In this document: in pieces, positions 8,249 to 16,672 of the stretch
Layout: each line of letters begins with the position of its first letter
Numbering within the stretch: the stretch's first letter is position 1
Program-made: the position numbers and the translations under genes
NCBI GenBank assembly: GCA_965249065.1
Contig: CBDFLG010000001.1
Span: 1,414,646 to 1,478,645, forward strand
Direction: 5' to 3'
Length of the DNA stretch: 64,000 nucleotides
Source: Dehalococcoidia bacterium
Lineage (GTDB): Bacteria; Chloroflexota; Dehalococcoidia; Lucifugimonadales; UBA3495
The notes under the pieces: generated by a model
Told to the model about the DNA's origin: nothing
Database searches by the model: none
What the model saw: only the letters and a program-made list of their open reading frames with translations

Positions 8249-8311
8249 TACTGTGCGCCCCTACACGTATTTTACCGGCGTTCTTGGCGCCGCGCCCGGC
8301 GCGCCAACGCA

Positions 8312-8344
8312 TCGGCATCCCGAAGGAATCGGGATTTAGTCTAC
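8312..8344. repeat. 33-nt direct repeat with 7-bp hairpin (copy 2), just 3' of the actE-like stop
   Basis: tcggcatcccgaaggaatcgggatttagtctac, with the hairpin at 8317-8335. Confidence 0.75.
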
Positions 8345-8349
8345 ATCGG

Positions 8350-8976
8350 TTACTTGGGCAGCGAGCCGACGTACTGGACAATGGCCTCGCGCTCGTCTTC
8401 GCTGAGTAGCTTGCCGAAAGGCGGCATTATCGAGGTGGGGCCGAACGGGCGGGTGGCCGACTTCAGATAACCTGCAATAACGTTCGGCTCCAGCACCGTG
8501 AGGTTGGGCGGCCTAGGCTCAAGCGTCTCGGGATCCAATAGGCTGTACTCATACCCGTAGCCGCCTTCCGGTTGGCTCATGGTCAGCCTCTGAAGCACGG
8601 GGCCGCTGTCCTTGCCGTCTGACCCGTGGCACATCTGGCAGTTGACCTCGAACAGGTGCGCGGCGGAGTCATCGGTGGTGTTGGGTGGCGAAGGATAGAA
8701 AGCCACCGCCCCAGCTACCCCGGACAGGCGCGGGGGCTCGTGGGACTTGTACGACTGCTGGTAATGCTGCTCGTAGAAAACATCCACGGGGTAGCTGCCG
8801 GAAGTACAACCGGCTGCGGCCAGTGCGGCGAACAGCATCAGGAAGAGAGAGAAGATGAGCGGGAAACGGCGTGGGGCCGTTCTCGCGCGCTCCCGCTTCA
8901 ACCCTGTGCGCTCACTGTCCCCAGGGGAATGGGAACTTCGATTGTCCTGCAGGCGGCTCAAAATAAGGAACGTCAT
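8350..8976 (-). CDS. actE: monohaem cytochrome c lipoprotein (ACIII ActE-like)
   Basis: Lipobox AALAAAGC, a single CQMCH haem motif, and position as the last gene of the Act-like operon. Confidence 0.75.
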   Translation of the reverse strand: MTFLILSRLQDNRSSHSPGDSERTGLKRERARTAPRRFPLIFSLFLMLFAALAAAGCTSGSYPVDVFYEQHYQQSYKSHEPPRLSGVAGAVAFYPSPPNTTDDSAAHLFEVNCQMCHGSDGKDSGPVLQRLTMSQPEGGYGYEYSLLDPETLEPRPPNLTVLEPNVIAGYLKSATRPFGPTSIMPPFGKLLSEDEREAIVQYVGSLPK

Positions 8977-8992
8977 TTCAGGATACTGGCCT

Positions 8993-9502
8993 CTAATTCT
9001 CGCGTACCACGTCGATGGCGCCCGCTTGGGTGAAGAGGGTGGACACCTGGGTAAGCTGTTCCTCTTCCACGTTGGCCAGCACCCCGATATAGCCCTCGGT
9101 GATCCGGGTATCGTAGAGGCCCTGCTTGAAGCTGGGCAGCCGCGACTCGAACACGATCCCGATGATGGTGAAGATTATGGCCGTCAGCATGGTGCTTTCG
9201 TAGGTCACCACCGCCATCGGAGGCAGGGACAGGATGGGCTTGCCGGCCTGCACCAGAGGGTAGGCCATCTGAGTCATCGAGGTCAGCAGTATGCCGATGG
9301 TCAGGCCCACCAGCGCGCCGCACAAGGGGAATATGTACAGCCGATGCCCCTCGTGCCGCTCCCCGAACGCGCCCTCCGGGTACGGCGCGTCGGTCAGGAA
9401 GTCGTAGTCGCTGGGGGAAACGCCGGCCTGCTGCAGGGCGTCGCCGGCCTCCGCCGCATAGTCCGCGTCTTCAAACAGCCCCAGTATCGGTCGTTTAGCC
9501 AT
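8993..9502 (-). CDS. actD: DUF3341-like two-TM subunit (ACIII ActD-like)
   Basis: Soluble N-terminal domain (ILGLFEDADYAAEAGDALQQAG) followed by two TM helices. Its position is between the NrfD-like and cytochrome c genes. Confidence 0.65.
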   Translation of the reverse strand: MAKRPILGLFEDADYAAEAGDALQQAGVSPSDYDFLTDAPYPEGAFGERHEGHRLYIFPLCGALVGLTIGILLTSMTQMAYPLVQAGKPILSLPPMAVVTYESTMLTAIIFTIIGIVFESRLPSFKQGLYDTRITEGYIGVLANVEEEQLTQVSTLFTQAGAIDVVREN

Positions 9503-9521
9503 GCTTTGTTCCTCTTTTTAG

Positions 9522-9541
9522 ATTCCCGCTTGCGCGGGAAT
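9522..9541. repeat. hairpin repeat attcccgc-NNNN-gcgggaat (copy 1) inside the Act-like operon
   Basis: 8-bp stem, loop ttgc, followed by gacgg. Same architecture as 12560-12579. Located in the actF-like/actD spacer. Confidence 0.75.
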
Positions 9542-9550
9542 GACGGATGA

Positions 9551-9595
9551 GGGACTCCCTCACCCCGGCCCTCTCCCTGGGGGAGAGGGAGTCCC
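9551..9595. repeat. composite hairpin of the ccctctccc-N3-gggagaggg type
   Basis: gggactccctc (9551-9561) pairs with gagggagtccc (9585-9595). An alternative inner stem pairs ccctctccc with gggagaggg. Related weaker copies occur near 15897-15916, 20619-20646 and 32258-32280. Confidence 0.6.
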
Positions 9596-9608
9596 GGTTA
9601 TAGCGAGA

Positions 9609-10958
9609 CTATTCTTCGCGATAGACCGCCGGGACGGTCACCCGGCCGATTTTCACCTCGGTGCGGAGTATCTCCGCCTCCTTGACGTCGTACAGCGGTA
9701 TGAGGGGCACCACCCTGGAAATAAGCAACATTAGCATCGAGACCAAGGCGAAGGTGCCGCCGATGATCGTCCACTCCACCGCAGTCGGCGCGTACACCGC
9801 GTACCAACTGAAGGTGAAGACCTGCTTGTTCTGAAGCCCCGGCACGATAATGATGAACCGCTCCAGCCACATACCTATGTTCACCGAGATGCAGGCGGTG
9901 GACATTATCCACAGGTTGCGGCGGAACATCCGGGGCAGCCACAGGGCCATCGGCAGGAAATAGGTGGCGAAAACGAAGATCATCATCCAGATGTTCCACG
10001 GGTTCTGCATAAACTGGAGGTCGCGCACCGCCAGTTCGTCCGCCTCCCGTCCGTAGAACCCGAAGATTACTTCCATCACGAAGAAGTAGAACCAGCCTGT
10101 TGCTACTACTATTAGCAGGCGGCCCAGGGCGTCGATGTGCTCGTGGCGGATGTAGTTCTGCCAACTGTAGATGTAGCGCAGGATAATCATCACGAAGGCG
10201 ACGGCGGACACGCCGGAGTGCACCGCGCCCACCACGAAGTAGGGGGCGAAGATGGTGGAGTGCCACGACTTGACGGCCACCGCCATGCCGAAGTCCCAGG
10301 ACACTATCGAATGCACCGAGACGAACACCGGCAGGATCAGGGCCGACAGCAGCACACCGGCGATGATCTGGAGCTTCCACTGCCGGGGGTTGCCCCGCCA
10401 GCCCATCGCCAGCAGGCTGTAGATGCGGTGAGTCATGCCGGTCGTGCGGTCGCGCAGCACCGCGAAGTCGGGTATCAGCGCCACCAGCACGAACAGGATG
10501 CTCGAAGTCAGGTAGGTATAGACTGCGCTGGGGTCCCAGACCAGCGGCGAGCGTATGTTGGGCCAGATGCCCCGGGCATAATCGTAGGGCGCGAAGGGCA
10601 CGGTGTAAATCCAGTAGACCAGCCGCCAAGGGCGTCCGGTGTGAATCAGGGGCATCAGCATGGCCGTCATCAGCGAGAAGACGGTCAGGATCTCGGCAGC
10701 GCGGGTGGCCGGGCGGCGCCACTCCGCCTTGGAGAGGCGCAGGATGGCCGAGAGCATCACCCCGGCGTGGCTGATGCCGATCCAGAAGACGAAGTTGGTG
10801 ATGAAGAAGCCCCACATCACCGGGCGGTTCATGCCGGTCACGCCCAGGCCCTTGTTGACCATCAGGCCGGCAGCGCTCATCGCGCCCAGCACGATCAGGC
10901 CGAGCACCACTATCGCGATTATGAACCACCTGGGCGAGTTCAGAATCGAGACCAGCAA
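9609..10958 (-). CDS. actF: NrfD/PsrC-like polytopic membrane subunit (ACIII ActF-like)
   Basis: 449-aa protein with about 10 TM segments. The N-terminal region WGFFITNFVFWIGISHAG is typical of NrfD-family quinone-interacting subunits. It is a paralogue of 11058-12527. Confidence 0.75.
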   Translation of the reverse strand: MLVSILNSPRWFIIAIVVLGLIVLGAMSAAGLMVNKGLGVTGMNRPVMWGFFITNFVFWIGISHAGVMLSAILRLSKAEWRRPATRAAEILTVFSLMTAMLMPLIHTGRPWRLVYWIYTVPFAPYDYARGIWPNIRSPLVWDPSAVYTYLTSSILFVLVALIPDFAVLRDRTTGMTHRIYSLLAMGWRGNPRQWKLQIIAGVLLSALILPVFVSVHSIVSWDFGMAVAVKSWHSTIFAPYFVVGAVHSGVSAVAFVMIILRYIYSWQNYIRHEHIDALGRLLIVVATGWFYFFVMEVIFGFYGREADELAVRDLQFMQNPWNIWMMIFVFATYFLPMALWLPRMFRRNLWIMSTACISVNIGMWLERFIIIVPGLQNKQVFTFSWYAVYAPTAVEWTIIGGTFALVSMLMLLISRVVPLIPLYDVKEAEILRTEVKIGRVTVPAVYREE

Positions 10959-11057
10959 CTCCCGGTTTATCTGCCTTGTCGGTAGGGGCCTGCCTTCTTG
11001 TTGGTTCTCCTATGCGTCGTGTTCCCAACATTTGTTCTCTCTATAATTCCGGTGCGG

Positions 11058-12527
11058 TTATTCCGGTTTGGCCAAGACCAGGTATTCGCCGCGGATGAAG
11101 CGGGCCATGCGCTGGTAGAGGGCGCCTTCCTTGACTTCCCAGACCGACATCAGCGGCAGGACGCGGGTGGCCAGCAGGTAGACGAAGGCCGCGCCGCCGA
11201 TTCCGCCGATGACCATGAAAATGTCCCATAGGTCGGGGTAGACCGCGGCCGGCACATGGTTGAGGAAAGCGGCGTAGATGTTGCCGGAGTTGGCCCCGCC
11301 GACGAACACCCGGACGCTGAACATCAGCGCGCCCGCCGCCGCCGAGAGTCCGGCCAAGGACGGCCCCCAAGCACTGCGCCGCGCCGGGTTCCAGAGCAGT
11401 ATCAGGAACGGGATGGCGAAGCTGAGCGCCAGGTTGGCCACGAACACCCCGCCGTAAGACTGGGCGAACAGGTACTTGATGATGTTCTGCTCCACCGCCA
11501 GCCGCCCGTACCAGTAGGTGATGAAGAAGGCGAACAGGTGGTAGGCCCACAGCAGGGTCAGGCCCAGCAGAATCTTGCTGGCCGACCAGAAAACTGACTT
11601 GCCGTAATACTCCTGGAAGCCGCCCCAGCGCCGCATCAGGTACAGGACGATAAGGCAGGTTCCCAGAGCCGCCTGGAGTCCGGTCAGGCTGTAGAACACC
11701 GGGAAGATGGAGTCCTTCCAGCCCGGAATCATGCTCTGGGCGTAGTCGGAGCTGATGATGAAATGCACGAAAATCAGTATCATAAAGTAGAAAGCGCCGA
11801 GCATGGCCAGCCCGGCCTTCTGCGCGTTCCACTGCCGCCGGGTGCCGTACCAGTGTCCCGCCAGCGTGCGGTAGAGAAAGGCCCGGAAGCCGGTGGCGGT
11901 TTTGCGGGCCTCGGCCATGTCGGGCAGCGCCGAGAGCCACAGGATGAACATCGCGGTAACGGCCAGGCCGATGACGCCGGCCAGGTCCCAGGCGTGAGGA
12001 GCGCCGATTGGCCCCTCGAACCAGATGGTGCGGCGGACTTCGAGGTCGTGGCTGCCCTGCACCGAGTTGGGGTTGGCGATGGACGGCAGGATCAGCATCA
12101 TCGGTATGAAGGTGATGATGTTGAAGATGCCCACCACGGCGAACAGCTCGGAGACCCGCGAGAGCGGCCTGCGCCAGTGGCTCTTGGTGAAGCGGAAGGC
12201 CACCGCCGCCACCGGCGCGGCGCTGGTGACCATGAAGACGAAGGAGAAGGTCGCCATGTAGTAGCCCCACGGGGCGCGGTCATCGAAGCCGTCCGCCAAG
12301 GCGCGGGCCACGAACCCCACGACGCCCAGCAGCAGCAGGGCAAAGCTGACCAGCAGGGCCAGAGTAAAGGCCCCCGGCATGGAGGTTACTTTGTCCGCCA
12401 TGTCGCGGGTCATCACCCGGGGGTTGGGGAAAACCCACATTCCGGGGTAATGTCCCCCGGAGATGCCCCCGTGGCCCTCATCGTGGGCTGTGCCGTGATG
12501 GATATGTTCGCTTTCGCTGGCTGCCAT
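11058..12527 (-). CDS. actC: NrfD/PsrC-like polytopic membrane subunit (ACIII ActC-like)
   Basis: 489-aa polytopic membrane protein with an N-terminal His-rich cytoplasmic tail, directly downstream of the Fe-S subunit. Confidence 0.75.
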   Translation of the reverse strand: MAASESEHIHHGTAHDEGHGGISGGHYPGMWVFPNPRVMTRDMADKVTSMPGAFTLALLVSFALLLLGVVGFVARALADGFDDRAPWGYYMATFSFVFMVTSAAPVAAVAFRFTKSHWRRPLSRVSELFAVVGIFNIITFIPMMLILPSIANPNSVQGSHDLEVRRTIWFEGPIGAPHAWDLAGVIGLAVTAMFILWLSALPDMAEARKTATGFRAFLYRTLAGHWYGTRRQWNAQKAGLAMLGAFYFMILIFVHFIISSDYAQSMIPGWKDSIFPVFYSLTGLQAALGTCLIVLYLMRRWGGFQEYYGKSVFWSASKILLGLTLLWAYHLFAFFITYWYGRLAVEQNIIKYLFAQSYGGVFVANLALSFAIPFLILLWNPARRSAWGPSLAGLSAAAGALMFSVRVFVGGANSGNIYAAFLNHVPAAVYPDLWDIFMVIGGIGGAAFVYLLATRVLPLMSVWEVKEGALYQRMARFIRGEYLVLAKPE

Positions 12528-12559
12528 GGAATTCTTCGCTCTTCTTACTTAACACCTGG

Positions 12560-12579
12560 ATTCCCGCGAAAGCGGGAAT
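12560..12579. repeat. hairpin repeat attcccgc-NNNN-gcgggaat (copy 2) inside the Act-like operon
   Basis: 8-bp stem, loop gaaa, followed by gacggg. Located in the actB2-like/actC-like spacer. A degenerate third copy is ttcctgc-gaaa-gcgggca at 55697-55714. Confidence 0.75.
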
Positions 12580-12593
12580 GACGGGCTTTGACG

Positions 12594-13433
12594 TTAGTGG
12601 GCTTGGGACTCGCCTATGGGGAACTGGTCAACCTTCTTGAGGTAGATGACGTTGGGCTTGGTGCCCATTTCTTCTAGGAGCCGGTAGACACGGGTCTCTG
12701 ACTCGTCGACGTACTGGCCGTGATGGACCTTGTCGTACTGCTGGTTGGCCTTCTCGAAATACTGGTGGACCGGGCCGGTGGGGTCGCTCTGATCGCCGAA
12801 CATCAGGGCGTTGGTGGGGCAGGCCTGGGCGCAGGCGGGCAGGAAGTTGCCGTCCTTCATGCGCTGGTAGTTCAGGTAGCGGTCGCCGGCGGGGATGCGC
12901 TCGCCGGTGAGCGGCTCGACGCCCCGGCGCTCGACGGTGATCTCGCCGCGCCGGATTCGCTGGACGCAGAAGGAGCAGCGCTCCATGATGCCCCGGCTGC
13001 GAACGGTGACGTCGGGGTTGAGCTGGTTGCGCAGCCGCTCCGGCCACTTGGGCTCCCACCAGTTGAAGAAACGCACCTGGTAGGGGCAGTTGTTGGCGCA
13101 GTAGCGGGTGCCCACGCAACGGTTGTAGACCTGAACGTTCATGCCCTCGTCGTTGTGGTACGTGGCGAACACCGGGCAAACCGGCTCGCAGGGGGCATTC
13201 TCGCAGTGCTGGCACATGATGGGAATAAAGCGCGCCTTCACGTTGGGGAACTCGCCCTCCCAGTAGCGCTCAATGCGGATCCACTCGTAGGCCCGCCGCT
13301 GCTGGAAATAGTCCTTAGTGTTTATGGGCAGGTTGTTCTCCGCCTGGCAAGCGACAACGCAGGCCTGGCAGCCGGTACACCGGTCGAGGTCTACAACCAT
13401 GCCCCACTTGTGGTCAATTCGGTTCGTTACCAT
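12594..13433 (-). CDS. actB2: 4Fe-4S ferredoxin-type subunit (ACIII ActB2-like, PsrB/DmsB family)
   Basis: Multiple cluster motifs: CTGCQACVVAC, CQHCENAPCEPVCP, CVGTRYCANNCP and CAQACP. Confidence 0.85.
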   Translation of the reverse strand: MVTNRIDHKWGMVVDLDRCTGCQACVVACQAENNLPINTKDYFQQRRAYEWIRIERYWEGEFPNVKARFIPIMCQHCENAPCEPVCPVFATYHNDEGMNVQVYNRCVGTRYCANNCPYQVRFFNWWEPKWPERLRNQLNPDVTVRSRGIMERCSFCVQRIRRGEITVERRGVEPLTGERIPAGDRYLNYQRMKDGNFLPACAQACPTNALMFGDQSDPTGPVHQYFEKANQQYDKVHHGQYVDESETRVYRLLEEMGTKPNVIYLKKVDQFPIGESQAH

Positions 13434-13471
13434 TTATAGCGCCTGTTCTCGCGTCGATTCCTGTTCCCGGC

Positions 13472-15790
13472 CTAACCGTGGCCGGGAGCGATGGTCTTGA
13501 TGATTTCCTCTGCCGGGCTGAGGCCGATTTCCACGGCCCGGGTGCTGCCTTCCAGCTTGGAGACGTTGACGCTCTCGCCGGTGCGGGCGATGCGGACGCG
13601 GGTGCCGGCCCAAGCCAGCGTTTCGGGGCCGGCCACGCGGGTCGGCTCCAGAATCTCGGCAACGTTGGAGCTTTCGCTTCCGGGCCGGTCAGTGGCCCAA
13701 AGCGACCCGTGGCGGCGCCCGCCGCCGAACGGCACACCCACGACTTCCGGCGGGGCCGCCGGAGTCAGGAAGGCCACGGCCCGTATGGATCCCTGCGAGG
13801 ACTCGATGCGAACCACGTCGCCCTCGCGTATGCCATAACGGTTGGCAGTGAAGTCGTTAAGCTCGATCCAAGTCTGCCATGTGACCGAAGTCACCGGGTC
13901 GGGAGCGGCTTGCAGCCACGGCAAATGGGCGTGCTCGCCATCCTGCAGCGTGTTGTGCGAGAACGGCGCCAAATACAACGTGCCTTCTCCGCCGTATCCG
14001 GCGAAGGTGGGCGACGACGCGCTCTGCACGATACTTCGCAACAGGCCGGCGCGAGGCCGGGGCGGGTTCGGGCCGGTGGCGGACTCGTCCCACCATCCGC
14101 CCCGCCGCAGCAGGGCTGTCCAGAACTCTTCGGCGGTGGCCGCCTGAATGGAGCCGCGGTTTTCCTCGAACAGCGCGTCGGAACTTTCTTTCAGCATGGC
14201 TCGGTAGCTGGACCAAGGCAACTGGTCGCCCACACCCAAGCCGTCGGACACGGCCAGCAGCACGTCGGGGAAACTGCGCGGATCCAAGTCCCACAGCGGA
14301 TTGACCACCGGCTGCTGGAAACCGGCCACTTGGTAGCCGGGCGCAGGGTCGGGGATGTCGTCGCCCCAGTCCTCAAGGTACACCCGGTCGGGCAGCAGCA
14401 GGTCGGCCAAGGCGGTGGTGTCGTCAATAAAAGGAGAGAAGCTGACAACGTACAGGTCTTGAGCGCTGACGATGGCGTCTCTCAATTTCAGGGAGGCAGG
14501 CAGGCCATGCACCGGATCCACGTTGTGCAACAGCAGCATCCGGGTCTCGCCGTTGCGAATCTGCTCAACTAGACGCTCTAAGTCGTCCAGCTTGGCGGCT
14601 CCGGCCGAAGCGGGCACGCCATCCCACGGGCCCTCCGGGTTGAGGAGGACGCCGCCCCGGACGCCAACGCTGCCCACCAGCCAGTTCAGGACGGTGGCGG
14701 CCTCGACGTTGAACAGGCCGTTGCTGTGGGCCCCTGCCGAGCCGCCGGCGATAGCGATGCTGGGGCCGTGGCCGGCAAAATCGCGGGCCATCTTGCGGAC
14801 GAACTCCGCCGGGTCGCCGCCGGCAATCTCCGGGGTTATCCCTGCCAACTGGACCATTGCTTCGGGGCGGTAGTAATTCAGCAACTCCCGGCCACTCTCG
14901 CCGCCCAGCAGAGCGTCCACGTCAACTCCAGGGGCCTCGAGGTTCTCCTCTACGATGACCTGAGCGATGCTCAGGGCCAAGTGGCCCTCCCATCCGGGGC
15001 GAACCGGCACCCACTTGTCGGCGTTGGCCGCCGTCATTGAAAAGCGGGAGTCAACCTGATACAGGGTTCCGCGCTGGCTGCGGCCTTCCCCTTGGCGGAA
15101 GTCGCCGTAACCCCGGTTCCAGCGGGTGGGCGAAATCCAGGTCGAAAGGAAGTCCGCGCCGAAGGAAATGATGTTGTTTGCGTTTTCCAAGTCGAAGTCG
15201 GGCAGAACGTCCTGCTGGTATACGTTCTTGACGGCGGTGCGGTAGACGTTGTTGTCCACTGCCTCGAAATTAAGGTGTTCCGCCCCGATCGCTTCGGCGA
15301 AACGGGTGGTCAGCAGCCCGAGGTGCCCCCGGGTCGGCTTGGTCAGCATCACGGCCCGGGAGCCGCGGTCGTTCAGTTGCCGGACCAGGGTGTCCATGCC
15401 CTCCGGATCCCAACTGATGGGGTCGAACTGGCCGGAGCCTCGGTTGCCGCCGCGCCGCATCGGGCCGGCAATGCGATCAGGGTGATAAAGAGCTTGTACG
15501 CCTGCTTCGCAGCGGGCGTGGCTTTTGCCCTGATTGGTCGGGTAGAGCGGGTTGCCCTGAACCTTCTTGGCCCGCCCCTCCATCACGCGCACCAGTATGC
15601 CCTCGCAGGAAGGGCAGTTGCGGCATAGGCTGGCGTACCAGTTGTCCTTGCCCCGCACCAAGTCTTCGGGAAGGCTTACCGGACTCTGGACGCTCAATTC
15701 GCCCTCGCGGATGCCGAAGCCCTCACAGGCCACGGCGCCCACTGCGCCCAGACCGGCCCAAGCCAGGAAATGTCGCCTAGTTAGTTTCAT
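13472..15790 (-). CDS. actB1: Tat-exported molybdopterin-oxidoreductase-like subunit (ACIII ActB1-like)
   Basis: Twin-arginine signal MKLTRRHFLAWAGLGAV, 772 aa, and an N-terminal Cys cluster CRNCPSC...HARC. Separate gene from the Fe-S subunit. Confidence 0.8.
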   Translation of the reverse strand: MKLTRRHFLAWAGLGAVGAVACEGFGIREGELSVQSPVSLPEDLVRGKDNWYASLCRNCPSCEGILVRVMEGRAKKVQGNPLYPTNQGKSHARCEAGVQALYHPDRIAGPMRRGGNRGSGQFDPISWDPEGMDTLVRQLNDRGSRAVMLTKPTRGHLGLLTTRFAEAIGAEHLNFEAVDNNVYRTAVKNVYQQDVLPDFDLENANNIISFGADFLSTWISPTRWNRGYGDFRQGEGRSQRGTLYQVDSRFSMTAANADKWVPVRPGWEGHLALSIAQVIVEENLEAPGVDVDALLGGESGRELLNYYRPEAMVQLAGITPEIAGGDPAEFVRKMARDFAGHGPSIAIAGGSAGAHSNGLFNVEAATVLNWLVGSVGVRGGVLLNPEGPWDGVPASAGAAKLDDLERLVEQIRNGETRMLLLHNVDPVHGLPASLKLRDAIVSAQDLYVVSFSPFIDDTTALADLLLPDRVYLEDWGDDIPDPAPGYQVAGFQQPVVNPLWDLDPRSFPDVLLAVSDGLGVGDQLPWSSYRAMLKESSDALFEENRGSIQAATAEEFWTALLRRGGWWDESATGPNPPRPRAGLLRSIVQSASSPTFAGYGGEGTLYLAPFSHNTLQDGEHAHLPWLQAAPDPVTSVTWQTWIELNDFTANRYGIREGDVVRIESSQGSIRAVAFLTPAAPPEVVGVPFGGGRRHGSLWATDRPGSESSNVAEILEPTRVAGPETLAWAGTRVRIARTGESVNVSKLEGSTRAVEIGLSPAEEIIKTIAPGHG

Positions 15791-15927
15791 TGATGCAGAT
15801 TCTTCGCTTCGCTCAGAATTACAGCCGTCTGCCTGAAGCAGTTATTCAGCCCTGATTATTTATCTCCGGTCATTGGCGCGACAAGGAGCGCCCTTACCCT
15901 CTCTCGTGGTAGAGGGGATTCGTTTAC

Positions 15928-16569
15928 CTACTTATGGCAGACTGTGCAGTCGGTCGGCACGTTGTTCGCCCGGTGGCAGTCCAGGCAGGTTCCCATCTTG
16001 AGGGACTGCCTGGCCTTGGGCTGCACCTCCTCCATGCTGCCCACGTCGCCGTGGCAGATGGAGCAGGTCTCGGCTATGCCGTAGGGCCGGTTGACTTCAT
16101 TGCCGTTGATGTCGAACCGTTGGCCTCCCGCGGCTTCGGTGCCCATTTCTCCGGTAAAGTACCGTATGTGCGCCTCGTGGACAAAGCGGACGTGGTCGGG
16201 CAGGCGATGCACCCGTTCCCAGTCGATTGGTTCTTCGTCCTCATAATACTGTTGCACTTTGGCGATTTCGGTCTGGGCCTGATCGCTGCGTCCGCTGACG
16301 TCCTTATGGCAGAACAGGCACTGCTCCACCGCAGGCACTGTGGCGGCATCGCCCTTCGTAACGTTGCGGTGGCAGAACTCACACTGGATGTTGTTGTCGT
16401 TCACGTGGACTGAGTGAGGGAAAGCTACGGGCTGCGCGGAGGCGTTGCCCAAGCCAAAAGGCGGGTTGGAAAACCAGGAAATAAACAACACAACCAGCAC
16501 GAAACCAATGATGACGGTAAAAATCCCGCCCGCCACCATCAGCGGAATCATTTTGCCTGTGAGTTTCAT
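15928..16569 (-). CDS. actA: membrane-anchored pentahaem cytochrome c (ACIII ActA-like)
   Basis: N-terminal TM plus five CxxCH motifs: CEFCH, CLFCH, CSICH, CLDCH and CTVCH. Confidence 0.85.
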   Translation of the reverse strand: MKLTGKMIPLMVAGGIFTVIIGFVLVVLFISWFSNPPFGLGNASAQPVAFPHSVHVNDNNIQCEFCHRNVTKGDAATVPAVEQCLFCHKDVSGRSDQAQTEIAKVQQYYEDEEPIDWERVHRLPDHVRFVHEAHIRYFTGEMGTEAAGGQRFDINGNEVNRPYGIAETCSICHGDVGSMEEVQPKARQSLKMGTCLDCHRANNVPTDCTVCHK

Positions 16570-16672
16570 TGTTGTGCGGAACCATTCATGTTGAGATGCC
16601 TATTTGTGAGCTTGTTTGGCTGCCTGGCGCCGGACACTGTCTGCGGGACCGGCGTGATTGCGGCCGGCCGGC

